Assembly (NCBI RefSeq): GCF_963921235.1
Contig: NC_086097.1
Span: 124,126,001 to 124,190,000, forward strand
Origin: Mobula hypostoma
Taxonomy: Eukaryota
DNA: 64,000 nucleotides
Direction: 5' to 3'
In this document: piece by piece, positions 40,750 through 52,800 of the stretch
Numbering within the stretch: the first letter of the stretch is position 1
Layout of the letters: each line of letters opens with the position of its first letter
The notes under the pieces: generated by a model
Told to the model about the DNA's origin: nothing
What the model saw: the letters and a program-made list of their open reading frames with translations, nothing else
Databases searched by the model: none
Translations under genes and position numbers: made by a program

Positions 40750-41225
40750 CAACATTGGACTGGCTTCAGACAATGCTTTCAATGACTGCATCCTCCAAAT
40801 CTTTATTTTCATTGTAACATTCAAGATGATTGTTGATTGTTGAAATCGTTCGATTTTCACTCTCAGCTGTTTATGGCATTCTCAAGCTTGAAATCTTGAA
40901 ACCGCAGTGAGCAAAACAGTCTGAATGGTTTGGTGCTTTTTTCTCGCCAACTATCAGTGACAAAAGCACTGCTTTTTGAACACGAACACGTGCAACTGAC
41001 GCTATTTAAAAAACATTCGCTCTAAGCATGGTGGGGCGTCTCATGGCCGTGACTGACACTAGTTAGAACCTGTCAGCAACAGTTTCCAGCCCCAATTAAG
41101 TAGCATAGTGTCTCAAATAAACGAAGGCAGTCCCAGCAATTTTTTCACTTAGTTTTTGTTCTTTAAGAGTTGTCCCAAATAAATGGCTGCCCGGATTAAT
41201 CGATGGCCCAATTAACCAGAATCAT
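40750..41225. mobile_element. Possible pogo/Tigger-like DNA transposon remnant
   Basis: The terminus cccaaataa..ggctgcccggattaatcgatggcccaattaaccagaatc resembles Tigger-type subterminal repeats. Only one end is visible. Confidence 0.4.
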
Positions 41226-41412
41226 TAACAAATTAACAAATTTGCAAATTTCACAACAATGATAGCAAACCTTATTCTGATTCTGACCTCCCCCAAAATC
41301 CAATACCCGAGCTTCAAAAAAAATTACAAAATTATTGTTTACAGCTTTTCTCTTCGTTTGGCGCTAATATGTAGTGTTGCTGCCGAGTTATTCCCATCTT
41401 TATCTCTTCAAG

Positions 41413-41826
41413 GTTGCTGACAGTGATGAAGAGGAGAATGAAGGCAAAACTACTGCTGATCATGAAAGTATACGCAGTCTCAACATTGGACAAGTAGATC
41501 CCATGGTAACTGAATGTCCTTCAAATGGACAAGTGGCTTGTGGAAATTCTCGTTCACCTTCAGAAAAAAATAATCATTTCAAGCCTACAAATGCATATGA
41601 ATTTGGCCAAGCCCTGAATGCGTTGCAGGCTAAGGTAGATCTTGCTGGATGTGCAGAACTGCTGAGGAATGTAGAACCTGAAGATCTACCATCCATGATG
41701 AGCAATAAACTGGAAGCTGACTTGTTCATTATGATTATTCAGGCTATGAAGGAACACCTTTTAGTACAGTATCCCGGCCTTGTGTATCAGCATCTTGTTC
41801 ATCTGTGTAAAGCAGAAAGATTTAAG
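41413..41826 (+). CDS. SPAG1: SPAG1 coding exon (linker and most of RPAP3_C-type domain)
   Basis: ctcttcaag acceptor and AAG|gtatgt donor; 414 nt, phase 0-0. Encodes ...KPTNAYEFGQALNAL...DLPSMMSNKLEADLF...VYQHLVHLCKAERFK. Confidence 0.93.
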
Positions 41827-42325
41827 GTATGTGTTGCTTAAAACACTGCTACTTTTAAAATTGTATAGAATATATGAACCATTCCACCTAATGGTTTTTA
41901 ATGCTCCATACCAGTTTCCTCAGTTCACCTAATAATGTTCTTCTATTCATTTCGCCTTCAACACCCCCTTTCATACCAAAGTTCTTCCTAAATTCAATAT
42001 TGCATTTATTTGTGTGTCCACAAGTAAATAGTCTCCATATCTACCTTGTCAAATCTGTTGACAATGTTTAAGATGTTTTAACTGATCACCTTTCAACTTT
42101 TTAGGAAAAGAATCATAATGCTATTTAATCTTCCATGGTAGGTATTTCCTCTTAGCTATAGAATCAGCCACCTAATTCCTTCATATATTTTCTCTGGAAT
42201 TTTCATGTAATTATAAGGCTAGGATAGAATGAAGTAATCCAGAAGTTGGGCTCGCCAGTGATCAGTATAAATTTAAGCTGCATTCTTTTCATCTAGAAAG
42301 GAATACCTCCTGTACCTAATAATGT

Positions 42326-42721
42326 TGTTCATCCTTCGCAATCGAAGATGTCCATGGCTTCAAAGTCAAATGGGAGATTGGTGGCTGTGGGTCCGGAGGT
42401 GACTGACGAGGCCAATCCGGGCCCTGAAGGTTTGCCCACATGTGGGACACAAGTGGGTGGGTGCTGTCGTGGCAGTGGATGCTGCTCGGGCCTTGCACAC
42501 AGCACGCTTTCGTTGCACCTCGATGATGCACCTGACTTCAGCTGCACAGGCTCCTGTGGTGATCTTGCTGCACCAAGCTGGACGGTCGAGGGCAAGCATC
42601 TCCCACGTTTTGATGTCGACACCCAGGCCTTTGAGGGACGCTTTGAGGCAGTCTTTGTAACGTTTCTTCTGCCCCCCGACTGAGCGCTTGCCCTGACACA
42701 GTTCTCCGTACAGCAGCTGCT
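42326..42721 (-). mobile_element. 5'-truncated RTE-clade LINE, young copy
   Basis: Uninterrupted KQLLYGELCQGKRSVGGQKKRYKDCLK...HLCPTCGQTFRARIGLVSHLRTH, a gaacaaca tail, and a perfect 13-bp TSD tacctaataatgt (42313-42325, 42722-42734). Confidence 0.92.
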
Positions 42722-45700
42722 TACCTAATAATGTAGCCACTGAGTGTAAGGTCATGGTCAGAGATGAGCAATGTATCACCTTCATTAATTAAGATGACTG
42801 GTATGTAGTTCACCAGTGTTCTGTTCTGTTTTAACATTATTAAATATTAACTGCTGGCAGGGAAACAGTCTGACATGACCATGACTGAGGCTTTAAGTAA
42901 AGCTTAAAAATCAGTAGGTGCCCACTGGAATAGTGAACATTTTTTGACAGTACTAGTCAAGGAAGAAGGAGAGAAAGTAAACAAAAAGAGGTCCTGATGA
43001 TGGGTCATGGCTCAAAACATCGACTGTTTTTACCTTTCCTAGTTACTGCCTGACTTGCTGAATTCCTCCAGAATTTTGTGTGTGTCACACCACAAAAAGA
43101 GAACTGTTGAATTTAAGTGTCAGCAAAAACAGCTGGTAACGAAGTTGACTGTTCTTTTGGGAGTTAAACTTAGAATATTAAACATTACAGCACAGTACAG
43201 GCCTTTCAACCCATGATGTTGTGCTGGCATTTTAATATACTCTAAGATCTATCTACCCCTCCCCTCCTACATGGCCCTCCTTTTTTCTATCATCCATGTG
43301 CCCATAAGTACATCTGCCTCTATGACCACCCTGATAGAGTGTTTCACACACCCACCACTTTCTGTGTTTAAAAAGAAATCTCACCTCTGACATCCCCCCT
43401 ATACTTTCCTCTATTTACTTTAAAAATATGCCCCCTCATATTTCCGCCCTGGGAAAAAGTCTCTGGCTGTCCACTAGATCTATGCCTCTTGTTATTGTGT
43501 GCATTTGTATCACACCACCTCTCATCCTCCTTCGTTCCAGAGAAACCTTGCTTCCAACAATGAAGTTTGAAACTGATTAAAAATATCTTCAATGTAGCTG
43601 AAAAGCAAGTTCAAAATACATTTATTATCAAAGTATGTAGACCATATACAACCTTGAGATTCATCTTCTTCCAGACAGCTACAGAACAAAGAAACACAAT
43701 AGAATTCATGAAAAACCCAACAGCACAGAGTCATACATCCAATTTTCAAAAAAAAGAACTAATCATGCAAACAAAAAATAGGAAACAAACAAACCAGAAC
43801 AAGAGCAGAAGAGTCTCTGAAAGTAAGTCCATAGCCATGTAGCCAGTTCAGCATGGCAGCTGGTCAGAAATCTGGTAGCCACAGGCCACAGCCATGGAGC
43901 CAGGTTCAGCGCTGAAGCAAGTACCAATGGCTGCAGGCCACCTCAGAGGCAGTTCACTAAAGTGAGTAAAGCCCCTCAGAGGACTGAGCTGAACACTGTT
44001 CTGTCCTCTGCCCTCAGCCTTGTCTCCTTAATCTTTTTAAACTGGTTCAGTTCTTAAGTTGTTCAGACCTCGGATCATAATCCACTGTCAGGCCTGGGCC
44101 CCAAGGCCGCTCTAGCAAGTGCCACCACGGCTGTGCCTGTGTTCTCAAGAGTCCAGTGCACCAAATATTTCAGGGTACCACAGAAATGACAGGTCGTACA
44201 GAAGGTTCAAAAGTACACCTACCAACAGGAAATTACAGGCCGCAGATTGCCGTGATCATGGTCCAAAGGAAGTATACTTAGAAGAATTGTTAGTAGTTTT
44301 GTTTGCTGCCTGCAAAGCATCGTCAATGTCTCATCAGTGCCATCTTCGCCAGGAAGGCTTGTTTGTGTGAAAACTCGAGGTTAGGCCAGACATTTCCACC
44401 CTGGGATAAACACTGACCTTAATCTGCCCTAATTTCCCCAGTATTAACTGGGATTTGGAAAAGCCTAAAGGGGCAGAATTTTTGTTGTTTATCTGGGGGC
44501 AGTTTTTGAATTCAGTATGTAAACAAACATATGAGGAAAAAGCTTTTCCAAATCTTGGAGAATGTAGCTAGGTCGGATGGAGGGAGTGTCAATGATGGAT
44601 TAATTTGGAGATGGTTTTTAACAAGATAGTTCTAAATTGGACATAGTTTTTCAAAAGTACTACTGTATTTTTTTATTTTCTTGTAAATGCCTTCAAGAAA
44701 ATGTATCTGAAGGTGGTATATGGTGACATTTTGATAATAACTTTACTTTGACTTGGACTTCGGTCACCATAGACTAAGGATGGAAGGAGTGCAGAGGAGA
44801 CTCACCAGCATATTGCCTGGGATGGAGCAGTTCAGTTATGGGGAGAGACAGGAGAAGGTATGTAGGTCTGCTCTTCATGGGCACAGGACGTTAAGGGGGT
44901 CATGACAGGAGTACATAAAATTACAAGGGTATAGATAGGGTAGACTTCCCCAAATATAAACAGTGGTAGATAACACCTGAGGACATAGATTTAGGGTAAA
45001 TGGGAAGAGTTCTAGAGGGGATATGAGGGGCACCTCCCCCAGTGAGCAGCAAGTACATAGAATGCGCTGTCTGAGAGTTGAAGCTGGATTGCTGACACCA
45101 TTTTAGAAGGCTCTAGATGAGCACAGAAGGCTGTGCACTGAATACTGGGAGATGGGATTAATATAGAAGGCTGGCAGCTAGTTGGAATGGCTGAATAGCC
45201 TCTTTCCACACAACTATTATATGACTCTGTAAGGTGTGTTGTCTTTAGCAGTGTTTGCCTTGTTTATAGAGTCTTAGAGCATTGCAGCACCGAAAGAGAC
45301 TCTTCAGTCCATCTAGTCCGTGCCAAACAATTATTCTGCCAAGTTTAATGACTCGCATCCGGACCATAGCCCTCCATATCTCTCCCATCCATGTACTCCA
45401 GACATCTCTTAAGTGTTGAAATCGTTCATGTACTTATCCAAATGTCTGTTAAGTGTTGAAATTAAACCCACATTTTGTGTATTTTGACCATCACCTTTCT
45501 ATACTGTACAAGGTGGTAAATGGTGAACTACGGGCCCAGCCATGATAGGGGATGCCATAAAGTTCCTGTGCTGAGCCAAAGTCGGGAGTTGCTCTTGCAT
45601 GGGGAGTTGACATACTGGGAGATGAGACAACCAAAAGTAGGCACTTGGCTCCCCCAATCTCTATATGGACCCTTAAAAATAATTTTCATGGATTTGTCCC

Positions 45701-46570
45701 CTTAAATGAGGAGTGTAGATGGATGTCCCCGTCCCCTTTTAGACCCTCCCCTTCCCAATTACAGTTAATCCTGTTGTTTTCACTGAATAGAGCACATGGG
45801 TATAAAATAATCCCAGCATGACATTTGTGATTTTTGCCCTTTGTAAATAAAGTGTCTGCACATGATGTGGTCAGTGTTGGAAGGGACCTACTGGTGTCAC
45901 TGCCTGTCTAAACACAGAGCAAGACCGTAGTCAGGGAACTGCTCCCATGTGTTGTTAAGTATAGCAATTGATTCATATGGTGCTGATTATAGATTATATA
46001 TATATATATCAAGTGGATACATTTCTATAGATCGGTTTTACAAAGAGATTTCATTTTATTTAAAGATACAGCATGGTAACAGGCTCTTCCAGCCCAGCAA
46101 GACTGTGCCACCAAATTACACCCATGTGACCAATTATTCTACGAACTCCTACATCTTTGGAGTGTGGTGAGAAGCCGGAGCACCAAGAGGAAGCCGAGTT
46201 ATGGGGAGAACATATAAACTCTTTACAACCAGTGGCAGGAATTGAACTCATGTTGCTAGTGCTGTGATAGCATTATGCTAACCGCTACACTACTGTGCCA
46301 CCCCTTATTCAGCAGTACTTTTACAGGGCAGAAGATTCTGAATGGGTGCTGAGCAATAGGGTAAGCACAAGTGTGAGGGGGTCATGGGGAGATGAAAGCA
46401 AATTTCCCAAGGAGCTGTTTGTGAAGAGAAAGGGCAAGCATGCCAAATGTGCTGTGAGCTGATTGGAGAGGACAGGGCTAGGAATCCCAGGAACGGCCTT
46501 CAGTAGTGTAGCTGACTGAATAAGAGCGATATTTAAAGATGTTACCAAAGCATGTATGGAGGGAAATAAA

Positions 46571-46608
46571 CAGTCACCATTTCAGACCGAAACCCTTCAT
46601 CAGGACTG
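46571..46608 (-). ncRNA. Minimal type-I hammerhead ribozyme motif (degenerate), Penelope terminal repeat
   Basis: Minus strand CAGTC-CTGATGA-A-GGG-TTTCGG-TCT-GAAA-TGGT-GACTG: stem I (CAGTC/GACTG), core and stem II are present, but the cleavage triplet is mutated. Confidence 0.6.
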
Positions 46609-48177
46609 AAAAGGAAGGCAGCTTGCAACAAGACCCCTGTTTGTAACGTTGAGGTTGAGACAGTGGAACTGCCCCAATGGAATGGCTTTTCCACTTTAAA
46701 AACTCTTTCACACAAATTTCCTGTCATCATAGGACACAATGGACAGCCACCGTATTCCCCTCCATAGACGCTGCTTGACCTGCTGAGCTCCTCCAGAATT
46801 TTGTGCTTGTTGCTGTGGATTTCCAGCAGCTGCAGAGTATTTAGTGTTTATATCTAAAGCTGTGTTTGAAGGAGATACAGTAATTGGCAATCACAGAAGA
46901 AGCTTGACATCAGTTGTCTGATGCACAGTGAAACCTAATCAGGGTAAAATGTATAGAAATGATGGCAGAAGCAGACCGAGTGGTTTCTGATTTGTGGAAT
47001 TTGTAATCCCAAAGACAAAGAGGATGAATATCTCCGCAGGTCCACAGTGATAAAAGCATACATCAAGAGGGTGGTGAGAGAGGGGCTCAATGATAGTTTG
47101 AAAATGAAATAACAGCCTTATACTTTTTTGGTGTAGGCAAAAAATTAATTATCTGCATTTGTTAGGCCTCACATAGTAAAAGCATTTCATCTGCAAAGTC
47201 CCACAAAGTTTGCCTGATCTTGACCAAGACTTTAATATGAAAGGGATGATGACTTTTATGAATATTAACCCGTTCTTGGCCATAAAAGATCCCATGTGGA
47301 TATTTACAGAAAAGCTGGACATTCTCCCAATATCACGATCTCCATGATGTCTAAAACAAATTAACCAGTTGTTTACTGGGTTGCTGTACTTTGCCATGTA
47401 CCCGAAAGTTATTGGGTGTATTTAAAGCGGAGATGGATAGGTTGTTGATTAGTAAAGGTATCATAAGTTAGGGGGAGAAGGCAGGCAAATGGAGTTGAGA
47501 GGGATAATAAATCAGCCATGATGGAAGAGCAGGCTTGATGGACCGAATGGCCTTATCTCATTTGGTCTTATGGTTTGTCGTGAGGGTGAAATCAGTGTAT
47601 GTAAAATAAAAGCTTTTCCCGCCCTCCCCAAATATATATTGGTCAAAAGTAGTTGCGTCAGTTCACTACATGTACTTTTTAGGGCAAATTATGTGAGTTT
47701 GTTCCACTTAATACAAAAAATTTTGATATAATTTTAACTGCCAAATTGTTTCATACTGGAATCAAGGCAATGGACCAAGCAAATATTTGAAAAATCTCCA
47801 TCTTTCAAGTCTTCAGGAACCTGATATTCAACTTCTCAATAAAAAAAAAAATTACTTCTGCTTTTCCCACAGGTTTTTAGCATGGTTGAGTCCGACCAGG
47901 CAGATGGGCATCACCAAGTAAATAGTGTACATACCTTATCTTGGTTTTCAAAAGGAAACCCTGAAGTTTGTGCTAAACCACAACAGATGAAAACTACTGG
48001 ATAAAGGAACTACTTCTGTTTAAAAAAAGTGAAACTAAAGCTTGTGACTAGAGCTTTACATTTAGTTTGCAAAGTAACTACGTACAGTGGTTATATGAAG
48101 CATATGCATAAAGCATCCTCTGAAGTAAGAGGTTCTATCATGGATAGGGACTGCATCCCATTTGTTAATAGAAGTAC

Positions 48178-50428
48178 AGCACAAGCAGTTCTGCAGTTGC
48201 TGGAAATCTGAAACAAAATACTGGAGGAACTCAGCAAGTCAGGCAGTATCTATGGAGGAAAATGAACAGGCAACATTTTCCACCAAGGCTCTTCATCAAG
48301 ACTAAAAAGGAATGGGGCAGAAGCTAGAATAAAAAAGGTGGGAGAAGAGGAGGAGCACAAGCTGGCAGGTAGTATGGGAAACCAGGTGAGGATTGGAAAA
48401 AGGGTGATGCTAGGGAATGCTGTGGGAAGCTGGGAAGTGATAAGTAGAAGAGGCAAAGGGCCTCCTTGATCTTGTGAAATTGGTTCTTATGTTCAGCAAC
48501 TTCTCTTTTGAGTCCTCGCACTTTATCCAAACCCAGCGTAAGCATTATAACAAAACTAAACAAACCACATGGGCATTCGCATGGTCCCCAGCTATGCCTG
48601 CCTTTTCATCAGCTTTATGGAACAGTTCATGTACCAAATCTATACTGGCACCACTCCCAATTTTTTTCTGCACTACGTTGGCAACTGCATTGGTGCTGCT
48701 TCATGCTCCCATGTTAAGCTCTTCAAATTTATCAACTTTGCCAACAATTTCCACTCTGTCCTCAAATTTTCTTAGTCCATTTCTGATACCTCTTTCCCCA
48801 TTCTTGATGCCTGTCTCTGGAGACAGATTATCTGCTGGCTTACATTACAAGACCACAGACCTGCACAGTCACTTTCTGCAAACACTTCCAATCCTGTCAG
48901 TTGTGAGAATGCTATTCTCCGGTCCTCCAGATGCGGCCTTCTATATATTGGTGAGACCCGATGCAGGCTGGAAGACTGTTTCGCTGAACACCTTACGCTC
49001 TGTCTGCCAGAGAAAGCAGGATCTCCCAGTGGCCACACATTTTAATTCCACGTCCCATTCCCATTCTGATATGTCTATCCACAGCCTCCTCTACTATCAA
49101 GATGAAGCCACACTCAGGTTGGAGAAACAACACCTTATATTCCGTCTGGGTAACCTCCAACCTGATGGCATGAACATTGACTTCTGTAACTTCCGTTAAT
49201 GCCCCACCTCCTCTTCGTACCCCGTCCGTTATTTATTTATCTTTTATCATTATTAATTTTTTCTCTCTCTCCTTTTTCTCCCTCTGTCCCTCTTACTATA
49301 CTCCTTGCCCATCCTCTGGGCTTCCCCCCTCCCCCTTTCTTTCTCCCTAGGCCTCCCGTCCGTCCCATGATCCTTTTATATCCCTTTTGCCAATCAACTT
49401 TCCAGCTCTTAGCTCCATCCCTTCCCCCGCCTGTCTTCTCCTGTCATTTTGGATCTCCCCCTCCCCCTTTCAAATCTCTTACTATCTCTTCTTTCAGTTA
49501 GTCCTGATGAAGGGTCTCAGCCCGAAGCGCGACTGTACCTCTTCCTGGAGATGCTGCCTGGCCTGCTGCGTTCACCAACAACTTTGATGTGTGTTGCTTG
49601 AAATTCCAGCATCTGCAGATTTCCTCGTGTATAATTCCCTTCTCTCATTTCCTCCTTTGTTCAGAAAATGGAGTTTTTCCTACATTGCTATCAATGCTGC
49701 CCTCGACCATATCTCATCCATTTCCCACTTATCTATCCTCACTCCATCCCTCTCTGACAGAATAGGGGATAGGATTCCCTTTGTCCTAACCTACCAGCCT
49801 GTGAGCCTCTGTATCCAGCACATCATTCTCCACAACTTTTGCCATCTCCAGCAGGTCTGTCCATGGCCTCCTCTACTACCACGATAAGGCCAGATAAGTT
49901 GAAGGAGCAACACCTGATATTCCTTATTGGTATCTCTAACCTGACACCATCACCACGGATTTCTCTGACTTCAGGTAGCCACTCTCCTCTGTGTTTCTGG
50001 TCCCCTTGCCCATTTGCTTTTCCTTATTCTGGTGGCCCTCTCACCCCTTCCTCTTCCCCTATTTCACCCCTATAGAAGCCCATCACCTCCTGGTTACACA
50101 CCTCTTTCCCTTTGTTCCATGATCCATTCTGCTCTCCTATCAGATCCCTTCTTCTTCAACCCTTTATCTCATCCACCTACTATCTCCCAGCTTCTAACAT
50201 CATTCTCTTTCAACCCCTTCCTCCACCCACCAACCTTCCACCTCTCACCTGGTCTCACTTATTACCTGCTAGCTTCTGCTCCGTCCCATTCCCTACTTGT
50301 TTATTCTGGCTTCTACCCCCTTTCTTTCTACTCTTGATGAAGGGTCTTGGCCCAAAAAGTCAACTGTTTATTTCCTGCAAGGATGCAGCCTGACCTGCTG
50401 AGTTCCTCCAGCATTATGTGTGTGTTGT
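48178..50428 (+). mobile_element. Penelope-like element cluster (inverted terminal repeat, RT remnant, GIY-YIG remnant; a younger 3' fragment nested at about 48920-49630)
   Basis: RT remnant ELVL...NFSFESSHFIQ...MG.RM.PSYACLF...FL.Y...CIG. Endonuclease C-terminus YIGETR.RL.D.FAEHLRSV...PVATHFNS..HS.SD...RLE.QHLIFRLG.LQP.GMNIDF. Pyrimidine-rich 3' region with CTGATGA...GAAA motif, and an inverted copy of the terminus at 48178-48460. Confidence 0.88.
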
Positions 50429-52189
50429 CATGGCAGAACTGCAGGTTGGTGATTACACCATTCCAAGTCTCATCACACTGCAACCAAATTGCTAACAATA
50501 ATCTATTTACAGTGACTGTAATGACCTGACTTCTGAAAGGTGAAAGGGGAACATGAGGGGAAACTGCTTCACTCTGAGGGTGGTGAGAGTGTGGAATGAG
50601 CTGCCAGCAGAAGTGGTGGTGGATGCGCGTTCGATTTCAGCATTTAAGAACTGTTCGGATAACTACATGGATGGGAGGGGTATGGGGGGCTTTGGTCCAG
50701 GTGCAGGTCGATGGCACTGGGCAGAATAATAGTTTGACACAGACTAGATGGGCTGAAGGGCCTGTTTCTGTGCTGTGGTGTTCTATATGACTCTTTTGGC
50801 ATTTTATGTCTGAAAGATGGATCTCAGAGATGGGGCTAATAAGTATTAGGGTCAATCTCTACAATCCCATGACAGGATACTGACTGAGGGCCTGGAGAGG
50901 AGCTCAAAGTCATGCACACTGTATGATAAGGGAATTCCATACTTCTCATATCCTGGGCAAGCATTGGTGCAGAAAGGGTCATCACCTGCAGGAGCTCAAG
51001 TCCTAGGTTTTAAGGGTCACTTATGGTCCACCTGAAAGACAAAGCATTTGGCTGGGTTGTCACCTTGCAGCTTAGAAGAGTGCAGGCAGGGAAAAACTAG
51101 GTGACTAGTAGGCAGCCAAAAAACAATACAGGTAGGTAGATATTTCGGGATTGAAAAAGATTAGCTTTTTTTGTCACCTGTGTAGCGAAACATACAGTGA
51201 AGTGTGTCATATGCATCAAAACAGCAAGGATTGGGTTGGAGGCAACCCACAAATGTTGCCACACTTCCAGTGCCAACATAGTATGCCCACAGCTCAGTAA
51301 CCCTCACCATACAACTTTGGATTGTGGGAGACAACCAGAGCATCTGGAGAAAGCACACTAGGTCACAGGGAGAACATGCAAACACCTTGCAGACAGCAGT
51401 GGGAATTGAATTCCTATCTTGCAGTTGGCAGCTGTAAAGTGTTGCTGTAACTGATCCACTGCGGTCATCTTACTCTAACCAGGTCTGAATGTCTGTGGGG
51501 GAAGAGGGCTCCCTGTGTAAAGCCTTAAGCCAAGTCCAAAGCACCATGGCTGGCTTAGCTCCCCAGTGTAGGAAGTAATATCTTTAGGGGATTCCATAGA
51601 TATGCACGCAAACTACTCAGTGATCCTAGGATGCGATAGTGCCAGCATCATAGGTATTCTGTCACAGCTGCAGAAATTCTGTCAACATAAGATGAATAGC
51701 TGATAAGATCCAACAACATTTTTCACAGAGGGTGGTGGGTGCCTGGAACACCCTGCCAGTACTGGTGGTAGAAGCAGGTAAATTGGGGACATCTAAGAGA
51801 CTCTTAGATGGTTGAAAGAAAAATGATGGGCTATGTAGGAGGGAAGGATTAGAATGATCTTAGAGTAGGTAAAAGGGTCGGCACAATATTGTGGACCAAA
51901 GGGCCTTTACTGTTCTATAGTATATTCTATGTTAATATTTTAAAATAGGACTATTTTTTGAAAGTAAGATGATCTTTGAATCAGTACAATAAGTGCTGTA
52001 ACTGGAAGATGGGTGAGTAACTGGGAAGAGAGTGCAGGAAGCAGTGGTTTAAGTTTCTGCAACATTGGGACCAGCTGTTGTTGAGAAGTTGGGATGGATA
52101 CTCAGCAGGGCCGGGGTATCAACCTTGCAATTTATTTGTGCTCTTGGGAAGGGTTGAATCTATTGTGGCAGATTACTATAAAGGAAATC

Positions 52190-52800
52190 AGAAACACAAG
52201 AAATTCTGCAGATGTTGGAAATCCAGAGCAACACCCAGAACATGCTAGGAAAACTCAGCAGGGTAGGCAGTCACCTCAAGAAATCAATAAGCAGCTGATG
52301 TTTCAGGCCTAGATCCTTCACAAGGACTGCGAGGTAAGGGGGAGAAAGCCAGAATGAGGGGGTAGGCGGAGGGAAAAGATACAAGCCCGAAGATGATGGA
52401 TTAAGTCAGATGAGGAGGTAGGTAGGTGGGTGGGGGAGGGGGATGAAGTAAGAAGCTGGGAGGTGATAGGTTGAAAAGGTAGAGTGCTGGAGAAGAATCT
52501 GATAGGAGACAAGAATAAACCGTGGGAGAAAGGGATGAGGAGGGGCACGAAGCGGTGGTAATAAGCTGGTCAGAAGAAGAGAGGTGAGAGGGGAGCCAGA
52601 GTAGGGGATGAAAGAAGAGGGAAGGGAAGGGAAGGGGGAATAATTACTGGAAGTTAGATAAATCAATGTCTATGCCATCAGGTTGGAGGCTACCAAGATG
52701 GAATATGAGGTGTTGCTCTTCAAAACTGGGAGCGGCCTCCTTGTGGCAGTAGAGGAGGCTACGGACCTACATGTTAGACTGGGAATGAGGATTGGAATTC
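52190..52800 (-). mobile_element. Penelope-like element 3' fragment
   Basis: Minus strand encodes EEQHLIFHLGSLQPDGIDIDL, followed by the same pyrimidine-rich terminal repeat. Confidence 0.8.

Noticed and set aside
45385..45465. Short tandem duplication (catgtact...ttaagtgttgaaat) and a similar local duplication at 34757-34795
   Set aside because: Two-copy slippage or template-switch events inside dead CR1 fragments; not arrays or CRISPR-like repeats.
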